A stretch of 20,000 nt of DNA from an uncultured virus (IMG/VR IMGVR_UViG_3300014819_000515) (lineage: Duplodnaviria; Heunggongvirae; Uroviricota; Caudoviricetes), in IMG/VR virus record IMGVR_UViG_3300014819_000515; one strand, 5' to 3'. Position 1 is the first letter of the stretch. Each line of letters opens with the position of its first letter. The notes under the pieces are model-generated. The model was given only the letters and a program-made list of their open reading frames with translations. It searched no databases and was not told the DNA's origin. Position numbers and translations under genes: made by a program. This document shows, one piece after another, positions 7,294 to 14,714 of the stretch.

Positions 7294-7323
7294 AAAGAAA
7301 TAAGTGTTTATATACAATAACTT
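7294..7323. repeat. copy 3 of the 30-bp motif, AAAGAAATAAGTGTTTATATACAATAACTT
   Basis: Direct alignment with copies 1 and 2. Confidence 0.9.
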
Positions 7324-7335
7324 ATTAATATAATT

Positions 7336-7350
7336 GTTCACGTTTTGTTC
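7336..7350. promoter_or_regulatory. alphaproteobacterial LexA (SOS) box GTTC-N7-GTTC
   Basis: GTTC-ACGTTTT-GTTC in intergenic DNA next to motif copy 3. Confidence 0.6.
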
Positions 7351-7370
7351 TGCTGAAGGTGAAGTGCAAA

Positions 7371-8048
7371 TTATTTCCAGTTATCTTTGACCCATTGTTG
7401 TTCTGATTCATGTGGATTGGGGTTACCGTGAAAGACGGCCACTTTGGCCTGTTGATCTTGTTCAAACGTCCACTGATTTTTAGCAAAACGTGGTTGTTCT
7501 CTACTAAACCATTTATATGAAAACGTCCAATCATCAGGAAAAGGTAACAATATAGATTGATTTTTCATTAAATTTGTTATAACATTTTGGTCACCTTGTT
7601 CTTTTCTAAAACTTGGTCTGTCTGCAAAATATTTGTCCCATATCAAAGATGAGGCGTTGATATTATTCCATTTCATTATACTTGAATTGTAAATGGTTGT
7701 GGGTTGGCCAAAGTCATTAGTAATACCAAAGGTTGTATCATCTCCGTGTGTAGCAAAACAATCTATGTTTTTAAGTATCACTACATCTAAGTCCATATAA
7801 AGATTTACACCTTGTAAACCGGTTTCAGAATTAAATAATTGTAGTTTATTCCACCAACCCTCCATGTCGTGTCGTGGAAATGATTTGAAGTGTATTTTAC
7901 CTGTAACTAAATCAAATAGATTAGTATGGTCTGTAAAACAATAAAACTCATGCGGCACAGTAAGGTGTCTTTCAACCATATTATACAACTTCTGTACATA
8001 CTCTGGCTTATATTTGTTGCCATAATATACACAACAAAAGTTTATCAT
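7371..8048 (-). CDS. GT-A fold glycosyltransferase (GT8-like)
   Basis: GxKY...YV.KL, F.CFTD, GWWNKL, DxD motif YMDLD, NSS, GDQ and FHG.P.P. Confidence 0.85.
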   Translation of the reverse strand: MINFCCVYYGNKYKPEYVQKLYNMVERHLTVPHEFYCFTDHTNLFDLVTGKIHFKSFPRHDMEGWWNKLQLFNSETGLQGVNLYMDLDVVILKNIDCFATHGDDTTFGITNDFGQPTTIYNSSIMKWNNINASSLIWDKYFADRPSFRKEQGDQNVITNLMKNQSILLPFPDDWTFSYKWFSREQPRFAKNQWTFEQDQQAKVAVFHGNPNPHESEQQWVKDNWK

Positions 8049-8857
8049 ATATTTTGTTCTTGTAATACTCTATAAGCTGTACCGTTAGATATTTCTTCTA
8101 AAGTAAATTGATTTTCGGCCACATATTTTAACCACTCATTCACTGTCTTACGACCTGGTCTTAATGGCTTCTCTACAAACTTTAAGTCATGTGAAGCAAT
8201 AGGTGATACTATGTTATCTGTATGACATATAACAGGCACCATATTCATTACTGCGTCTATGGCTGACAAACTCATATTAGTTACAAGACAATGACAATCT
8301 TTGAGTTCATCTTTAATATCTGTTCCCCACCATTGGTTATCCGGTCTTGGTTTGTTTCTTACTCGTATTTCCCTTTGTGTAAACTGTTTAATTGTACTTG
8401 TTACTTCATTTATCCAATCTTCTTGGCTAATACCATTGATATGATACGTAACTGTAGGTGAAGATGGACATAATAAAATATGTTTAGTATCACCAGTATA
8501 CCAACCTTTAAAATTTACATCTATACTTTTATTTTCCAATTCATTTAATCTTTGGCCTGTACCTACTTTACCTCTTATAGTATGTAATTTACCTTTGACT
8601 ATTCTAAAATAAGTTTTATTCTTATCTAATATCATAGGTTCAGGATATCTTTTAATAGGCATACTAAAATAACCAGTATCTACATACCACCATTCTTCAC
8701 CTTTATCTGTTACTTCTTTAATCTTCTTAACATTATTACCTGCTAATCCCCAAAAGAAATGTACTGGCTTATCTGTATCTGGCCAACCTTTTGTGATGGC
8801 AGGCCATATCTGATGCGATAAACATTTATCCCAATTTATAAAATGGCAATTAATCAT
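8045..8857 (-). CDS. putative GT-B / capsule-synthesis (KpsS/KpsC-like) glycosyltransferase
   Basis: YVDTGYF, ILLCPSS, IRVRNKP and 'LVTNMSLSAIDAVMNMVPV', resembling the PF05159-type VT.NS..G.EA...G.PV motif. Confidence 0.55.
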   Translation of the reverse strand: MINCHFINWDKCLSHQIWPAITKGWPDTDKPVHFFWGLAGNNVKKIKEVTDKGEEWWYVDTGYFSMPIKRYPEPMILDKNKTYFRIVKGKLHTIRGKVGTGQRLNELENKSIDVNFKGWYTGDTKHILLCPSSPTVTYHINGISQEDWINEVTSTIKQFTQREIRVRNKPRPDNQWWGTDIKDELKDCHCLVTNMSLSAIDAVMNMVPVICHTDNIVSPIASHDLKFVEKPLRPGRKTVNEWLKYVAENQFTLEEISNGTAYRVLQEQNI

Positions 8858-9729
8858 TGTATGTATTTTTCTGCTTGTATTCTATTTACAGTATTTAAAG
8901 CTATGCCTGATTGAAGTTCTTCCATAGTAAATTGATTAACTAATAATCCTTCTACCCAATCTTCTATTTGTTGATAAGTTGGTTTTATTAATTGATTTAA
9001 ATTTAATGTAGTATTTGAAACAGGAGCAACAGAAGAAGATGTATGGCAAAATGATGGTATACCTCTTAATACTGCTTCTATAGCTATAGTTGATTGATAA
9101 GTTATAATACAATAAGCATTTTCAAAATCTTTTATAAAAGGTATTTTTGTATCTTTATATCTGATAACTATTTCTTTGTCCGTTTGTTGTTTAACAATTT
9201 TTAGAGTTTCATTTAGCCAACCATCAACTCCGTTTTGAAATTTATAATATCTGCTAATTGCTTCTGATGGAGGACAAATTAGTATTTTATTTCCTGTTGC
9301 ATTAACAATATTTCTAGGAAATAATAAATTTTTATTTTTATTTATTCTAACCCTATCATCATTGTTTAATTTGTTATTTACTAGAAAGTTTAAATTTTCA
9401 TTATTTAAACAAACTCTATAACTTCGTTGTTGTGTTTCTTTATTTTTAACGTGTTTATCTGCTCTAAAAAAATATGCGTGGTCAATATAATAATAATTTA
9501 TATTATTTTCTTTTGCAAACCATAGTAATTGTTCAGTACCTCTTAATATTCCTAAAATAGCGATAGGAATTTTTTCTTCTAACCATTTAGTTCTATTAAA
9601 AGCTGGCCAATTGGTTACTTGAAATGGCTCTACATTTTTAGCACATGGATAGTAAATATGTTTTATGCTTTTTAAAAAACTTACTACGACTGGATTTGTA
9701 ACTGGCCTTGAACCGAAACCGTAAATCAT
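8854..9729 (-). CDS. paralog of 8045..8857; putative GT-B / capsule-synthesis-like glycosyltransferase
   Basis: YIDHAYF, ILICPPS, IITYQSTIAIEAVLRGIP and NQFT.EE...G.A shared with the neighbour. Confidence 0.55.
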   Translation of the reverse strand: MIYGFGSRPVTNPVVVSFLKSIKHIYYPCAKNVEPFQVTNWPAFNRTKWLEEKIPIAILGILRGTEQLLWFAKENNINYYYIDHAYFFRADKHVKNKETQQRSYRVCLNNENLNFLVNNKLNNDDRVRINKNKNLLFPRNIVNATGNKILICPPSEAISRYYKFQNGVDGWLNETLKIVKQQTDKEIVIRYKDTKIPFIKDFENAYCIITYQSTIAIEAVLRGIPSFCHTSSSVAPVSNTTLNLNQLIKPTYQQIEDWVEGLLVNQFTMEELQSGIALNTVNRIQAEKYIQ

Positions 9730-10403
9730 TTTTCAATTTGTATCTTAACTGTGTTTGTATAAATGTTATACCATTCTGAAGAATAATCACAGGTATTATA
9801 TTGTTCAAAATATGGGCCACCATCTGTATAGTGTACATTCTTAACATCCTCTTTATAAGGGTATTCTCCTACTAACCAGTTCCATTCTAATGGTAATGAA
9901 CCTATTAATTCTTCATTCTCTAACCATTTAAACTGGTGTAATTCTAAGCCACTAGCCTTATTCACATAATCAGGTGTAAGTGTTGTACATTTTTTACAAT
10001 TCATTAACATAAAACTAGACCAATTCTTTTTGGCATATTTTGTTTGTACTTGACCTAAGAATTTTGTTTCATCTTTAGGTGTATAATCGTGTTTACAAAC
10101 TTGTACGGCATATTTGTCATCTCTTAGTCGCCATAGTTCTGCTACGTCAGACATCATTAACATATCGCAATCCATAAACAACGCCCAACCTTGATAATTC
10201 ATAAGGTGAGGTATAATAAATCTACTAAATGAAAATTCTGTTGATGAAAGATTATTTCTTTCTCTTACAAAATCATCTTTGATATTTGGTAAATAGATTG
10301 GTGTAATTGCTACAGGTTTTGTACTACGTCTTAATATACTTTCCGTTAACACATGATGTGCTATTTTTTCATTACTATCATATCCTATAAAAATGTTTAT
10401 CAT
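9726..10403 (-). CDS. GT-A fold glycosyltransferase (GT8-like)
   Basis: IFIGYD, STEFSFSRF, DxD motif FMDCD, KNWSS, LP.EWNWL and HYT.GGP. Confidence 0.88.
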   Translation of the reverse strand: MINIFIGYDSNEKIAHHVLTESILRRSTKPVAITPIYLPNIKDDFVRERNNLSSTEFSFSRFIIPHLMNYQGWALFMDCDMLMMSDVAELWRLRDDKYAVQVCKHDYTPKDETKFLGQVQTKYAKKNWSSFMLMNCKKCTTLTPDYVNKASGLELHQFKWLENEELIGSLPLEWNWLVGEYPYKEDVKNVHYTDGGPYFEQYNTCDYSSEWYNIYTNTVKIQIEK

Positions 10404-11098
10404 ACTCTAGCCTCCGGACTTTTTCCTAATGTTTTTCTTTTAGGTCCTTTTGTGTGATCGTATATTATTCCTAATACTGATCTGGATTGTACATGTCCTA
10501 CTTTTTTATCACCTATATCTATATTCATAGTGCCTCTTTCTTTTTCAAATTTTTTTCTTACAAGGTCCCATATATAACTGTCATGTTGTTCTCTCTCATT
10601 ATATATAAGATCATTATTATACATATTTTTCATTTCTTTAAAGTAATCTTGTGTATCTTTATGTTTTAAATTCCATAATAAAAACCCACATTCACTATAC
10701 TGTTCACCTCTACCTAAGTAAGTCATCATACAATTTTCTTTAAACAAATTTTGTTTTATAAATTCTAATGTTAGAGGTTTATAGAAAACACTATCTGCGT
10801 CTACCCATATTAATATATCATATTCTTTTTTTAGTGCTGCTTGTATCACTGAATAAACTTTATAACTAAATCTTACGCCATCTACCCAGAAATCTTTAAC
10901 AGATTTATTCTTGTTTCTTTCTACAAAACTTTTACTATCTTGTTCTAATTCTATAATTTCAAACTTTTCATTATCAATTTTAAATTTAGATTCAGTATAT
11001 ATTTTTAAATCAAAAAGCCAATTATAAGTATTTACAAACCTGTGTGCATATTCATCATACAATTTTTTATTAAAACTAGTTATAACTAAAACTTTCAT
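10400..11098 (-). CDS. GT-A fold nucleotide-diphospho-sugar transferase
   Basis: RFSYKV, DxD motif IWVDADS, SECGF, HDSY and H.KG. Confidence 0.75.
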   Translation of the reverse strand: MKVLVITSFNKKLYDEYAHRFVNTYNWLFDLKIYTESKFKIDNEKFEIIELEQDSKSFVERNKNKSVKDFWVDGVRFSYKVYSVIQAALKKEYDILIWVDADSVFYKPLTLEFIKQNLFKENCMMTYLGRGEQYSECGFLLWNLKHKDTQDYFKEMKNMYNNDLIYNEREQHDSYIWDLVRKKFEKERGTMNIDIGDKKVGHVQSRSVLGIIYDHTKGPKRKTLGKSPEARV

Positions 11099-11099
11099 T

Positions 11100-11792
11100 T
11101 TACCTTGTAAATATTGTTTCTTTATTTTGAGCGCCTCTATATATATAGTTATATTTTTTTAAATATTCTATCATATTATTTTTATAGTTTATTTCTTTTT
11201 GCGTTCTAACAGGAAGTTCTAAACATAATACAGGACTATATTTGTCAATAGTTTGTATGGCGCCCTCAACAACTTCTTGTTCGTGGCTCTGGCAATCTAC
11301 TTTAATAAATCCTATATCTTTTAAATTGTAATCATCTATTTTTTCTACTTTTACTGATATTGTTTTTAATTCGATTAGTTCTTGTTTTCTATTAGTTGTT
11401 CCTTCAATTACACCAAAATTATTTAAACTTGCATTACCACATTCATCACGTGATACATATAAATCTAATGTTTTGTTGCTTACATTAGACACTGCATTTT
11501 TATATAATGTATAATTATTATAATCGTTTAAGTTTTTTATATAACATTCATTATTGTCAGGATGTGGTTCAAAAGCATATACGTGTTTAAATTTTTCAAC
11601 TAATTGTTTAGACCAAAAACCTATATTACTTCCTACGTCAAGAGCATTTAAATTAAAATCTTTAACCCAAGATAATGCATATTGTCTTTGTTCATGTTGA
11701 TATTCATATTTGCCATCAATCAACTTTAACATTTTTTCAAAATGTGTGTCCCAGTCTGGTAAGTACCAACCTTTTACGTTTTTAATGGCCAT
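11100..11792 (-). CDS. FkbM-family SAM-dependent methyltransferase
   Basis: LDVGSNIG, VYAFEP, IKVDCQSHE..V..GA and P.LCLE. Confidence 0.9.
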   Translation of the reverse strand: MAIKNVKGWYLPDWDTHFEKMLKLIDGKYEYQHEQRQYALSWVKDFNLNALDVGSNIGFWSKQLVEKFKHVYAFEPHPDNNECYIKNLNDYNNYTLYKNAVSNVSNKTLDLYVSRDECGNASLNNFGVIEGTTNRKQELIELKTISVKVEKIDDYNLKDIGFIKVDCQSHEQEVVEGAIQTIDKYSPVLCLELPVRTQKEINYKNNMIEYLKKYNYIYRGAQNKETIFTR

Positions 11793-12163
11793 TGTTCCTT
11801 TTCTATACGTGTTTTTGAAAGTATTTGTATTTGTTCTTCTTTCGATTTAACAAAATATCCCTCTATTAAATCATAATTTTCTTCTATTGCAAACTTCAAT
11901 CTTTTATTTCCTGTTTGTACGGCTAAACCTTCATTCAATAACCCCTGTTCATTTTTAGGCCAGTTATCTTTTAAATTATGCCAATAGTTTATATGATCTG
12001 TAACTATAACAGGCCAAATCATACCACAGTTTTTTAAACTTTCTCTCATAGCAGGCATTCTTTTTTGCAACCATTTTTCACTAGGTAATAACATAAGTTC
12101 TTTTACTTTAAATTGTTGTAATTTTAATCCTTCTATATAATTTTTAGCTTTTAATATTTTCAT
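11774..12163 (-). CDS. ParB/Sulfiredoxin-like N-terminal domain protein
   Basis: 'ESL...GMIWPVIV' and 'V..GNKRL..A....Y..I' match the ParB/Srx GxxR pattern; no HTH. Confidence 0.55.
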   Translation of the reverse strand: MKILKAKNYIEGLKLQQFKVKELMLLPSEKWLQKRMPAMRESLKNCGMIWPVIVTDHINYWHNLKDNWPKNEQGLLNEGLAVQTGNKRLKFAIEENYDLIEGYFVKSKEEQIQILSKTRIEKEQWPLKT

Positions 12164-12707
12164 AACCAGCCTTTGCTATATAATATGCGTCTATAATATC
12201 TGTTATTGGATTATTTAAAGTAGGTATATCAAAGGCTTTCATAAGATTTGTATTAGTATCATTTGTAAACCGTTCATACATCTTTTGTTTATCTGCATTA
12301 CCTTTACCTGTGGCGAATTTTTTAATAACACTTGGCACTAATATTTTATAATCATATTCTTTTAATCTATACTTTAATATACCACCGTTTTCTGCTATTT
12401 GAAATATGGCTTGACCTTTACTACCATAAGAATAACCTTCAATAAAAATTTTAGGCTCTGTTAATTTGTTTATGATTGATAATACCCAAGTAGATAAATT
12501 GGCAAATCGTTCTATAGGATTTTTATATTCAATATGTTCTGTACCTAATATATTCTTCATCATATTACCTATATGTTTCTTCTTACTAGTTAAATAGTAA
12601 AAATAACAATCTTCAAATTTAAAACTACCTGTACTTACACAAATGGCCGGTGAGTTTAAACTAAAATCAATCCCAACTATCGTTGTCTGTTTCACTTGTC
12701 TCCTCAT
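12144..12707 (-). CDS. ruvC: RuvC-like Holliday junction resolvase / RNase H-fold nuclease (true start may be the GTG a few codons in)
   Basis: VGIDFS, IFIEGY, P...KKFATGKGNA.K and D.IDAYYI. Confidence 0.8.
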   Translation of the reverse strand: MRRQVKQTTIVGIDFSLNSPAICVSTGSFKFEDCYFYYLTSKKKHIGNMMKNILGTEHIEYKNPIERFANLSTWVLSIINKLTEPKIFIEGYSYGSKGQAIFQIAENGGILKYRLKEYDYKILVPSVIKKFATGKGNADKQKMYERFTNDTNTNLMKAFDIPTLNNPITDIIDAYYIAKAGYENIKS

Positions 12708-12825
12708 CTATCTCATGGCTACAAAATGCACACGTGATTGGTTCCATTTCATGTAACTCTTTGTTCCATGCTATAACATATTTAGTTTGGCATGAAGGAC
12801 AAGTTTTTGTTAGTTTAGTAATCAC
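12667..12825 (-). CDS. 52-aa Zn-ribbon/rubredoxin-like protein (CPSC...CAFC, acidic tail), GTG start, not in the ORF track
   Basis: Manual translation VITKLTKTCPSCQTKYVIAWNKELHEMEPITCAFCSHEIDEETSETDNDSWD; TAGTG overlap with the upstream stop. Confidence 0.8.
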   Translation of the reverse strand: MITKLTKTCPSCQTKYVIAWNKELHEMEPITCAFCSHEIDEETSETDNDSWD

Positions 12826-13598
12826 TATAATTTTCCTTCTTCTCTCATTTTTTTTCTAATATCTGTTGCCGATATTTTTTGTATATTTTCTGGTAATATT
12901 ATTTCTTCTATTTTATAACCTACACCTCTACCATAACATATATTTGTTATATTCGGAACTAACGTAATTTTAATTCTATTTTTATATGGAATTAAAGCTT
13001 GTTCTATATTGTTTTTAACAGTTTCAAAATCAAAAGGATTATCGCCAACACCTTGTACATCTCTTACTTGTATATTAACTTGTCCTGTTTTTTTAATTAT
13101 TTCTTCAAATAATGATTGATGACCCTCGTGCCATGGTTGCCATCTACCTAACATTTGTGCTGTTGGTTTACGATTATCCCATACATAAGAAACAATCTCA
13201 TCAGCTATTCTTATAGACCATAATTCAGCATTTTGAGTAGGAACTCTAAAATCATATTCGTTAGGTTTTTCAAACACTTTATTAGTATCTTCAAAACGGC
13301 CTTCTTTTATTGTATCTACCCATACAGTATAGTCAGCAGCAAAATCTTTTCTAGTTTTTTCTGTGGGACAAACAAAATCAGCAACAACATTTTTATTTTC
13401 ATTTAATGCTAACTGAGCTAAATCGTTCATACGTTTAGCTTGTCTTTGTCTTCCTTCCACTGAAAAATCCCAATCATTAGCTTCTTCTCTAACTCTATCT
13501 GCATTTAACCAAACAGCATCAATTTTTGATACTAGTTTATCTGCTAGATAACTCTTTCCTGAACCAGGTAACCCCATTATTAATATTTTTTTAGCCAT
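12825..13598 (-). CDS. fusion of an APS-kinase (CysC)-like P-loop kinase and an HxGH nucleotidyltransferase
   Basis: N-terminal GLPGSGKS, NADRVR, DFS.EGR and FVCP; C-terminal GRWQPWHEGH and ISATDIR. Confidence 0.8.
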   Translation of the reverse strand: MAKKILIMGLPGSGKSYLADKLVSKIDAVWLNADRVREEANDWDFSVEGRQRQAKRMNDLAQLALNENKNVVADFVCPTEKTRKDFAADYTVWVDTIKEGRFEDTNKVFEKPNEYDFRVPTQNAELWSIRIADEIVSYVWDNRKPTAQMLGRWQPWHEGHQSLFEEIIKKTGQVNIQVRDVQGVGDNPFDFETVKNNIEQALIPYKNRIKITLVPNITNICYGRGVGYKIEEIILPENIQKISATDIRKKMREEGKL

Positions 13599-13608
13599 AT
13601 TTCCTTTT

Positions 13609-14712
13609 TTATAGTTTAAACTTTTTAAATTGATCTTTTTTAACGTCTTGTTTTATACCACCAATAACATAACTTTCTATTTCTGTTTCTTGTGGAGCAT
13701 TTTGTTGACCTTTACTATTCAACCAATGATCTACCCAAGGTAATGGATTTATTTTTGTATCGTAAATAGGATCTAATCCTATAGCCTTCATACGTCTATT
13801 AGCCATATACTCTACAAACTGGTGTAAAAGTTTTTCTGATAATCCTATCATAGAACCTTGTGAGAATAGATAAGTTGCCCATTGTTTTTCTGAAGCAACA
13901 GCATCATCATACATTTTATAAACTTCTTTTTCTGTATCTTTAATAATCTTCAACATCATCTTATCATTCTCTACGTCTTTATAATTATTAATTATTCTTT
14001 GTGATACAGCTAAATGCTGACTCTCATCTCTTGCAATAAAGGATATAATCTTTGCTGAACCTTCTAATAGTTTTAATTCACCAAAAGCAAAACTACAAGC
14101 AAACGAAACATAGAATCTTAGTCCTTCTAATATGTTTACTGTGATTAATGCTTTCCATAATCTAGTTTTTAATTCATACATATCAACTTTATCTGGTGTT
14201 AATTGATACTTGTAACCCATTTCAATAAGGTCATCATAAGATTTTGTTACAGACTCGGCTCGTTCTTCTATCTTCTTATCTTCTATAATTGTGTCAAAGA
14301 TTTCACCAGGATTTGCATACAAATTTTTAATGATGTATGTATATGATCTGCTATGTATTGTTTCCATAAAGTCCCACGTTACAATACAGCCTTCTAATTC
14401 AGGTAAAGAACAAAAGGGTAAAAATGCCAAACAAGGTCCACGGCCTTGCACACTGTCTAACATTGTTTGGTATTTCAAATTAGATGTAAATATATTTTTT
14501 TGTTCTGGTCTTAATTCTTGGTAATCATTACGATCTTTTTGTAAAGATACTTCTTCTGGTCTCCAAAAGAAACCTAATTGCTGTTGTGTTAACTTATCAA
14601 AAATAGGATACTTAAATGTATCGTACCTTTGTACGGCCAAATCATCACCAAAAAACATTTGTGCTTTGGTAAAATCTAAACCTTTTGCTTTATTAAAAAC
14701 TGACCTACTCAT
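13609..14712 (-). CDS. nrdB: ribonucleotide reductase class Ia beta subunit
   Basis: FFWRPEEV, LDSVQ, ETIHSRSY (radical Tyr), LEGLRFY, DESQH and APQETEIESY. Confidence 0.98.
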   Translation of the reverse strand: MSRSVFNKAKGLDFTKAQMFFGDDLAVQRYDTFKYPIFDKLTQQQLGFFWRPEEVSLQKDRNDYQELRPEQKNIFTSNLKYQTMLDSVQGRGPCLAFLPFCSLPELEGCIVTWDFMETIHSRSYTYIIKNLYANPGEIFDTIIEDKKIEERAESVTKSYDDLIEMGYKYQLTPDKVDMYELKTRLWKALITVNILEGLRFYVSFACSFAFGELKLLEGSAKIISFIARDESQHLAVSQRIINNYKDVENDKMMLKIIKDTEKEVYKMYDDAVASEKQWATYLFSQGSMIGLSEKLLHQFVEYMANRRMKAIGLDPIYDTKINPLPWVDHWLNSKGQQNAPQETEIESYVIGGIKQDVKKDQFKKFKL

Positions 14713-14714
14713 AA

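Noticed and set aside
87..7323. Repeated 30-bp motif as CRISPR repeat, att site or IS end
   Set aside because: Copies are kilobases apart with no spacer array, and no cas, integrase or transposase gene is present. The fixed position next to promoters fits a regulatory site better.
7325..7534. 69-aa minus-strand ORF
   Set aside because: Alternative frame of the glycosyltransferase 3' end that runs over the regulatory region; no support.
9638..9847. 69-aa minus-strand ORF
   Set aside because: Out-of-frame overlap of two coupled genes.
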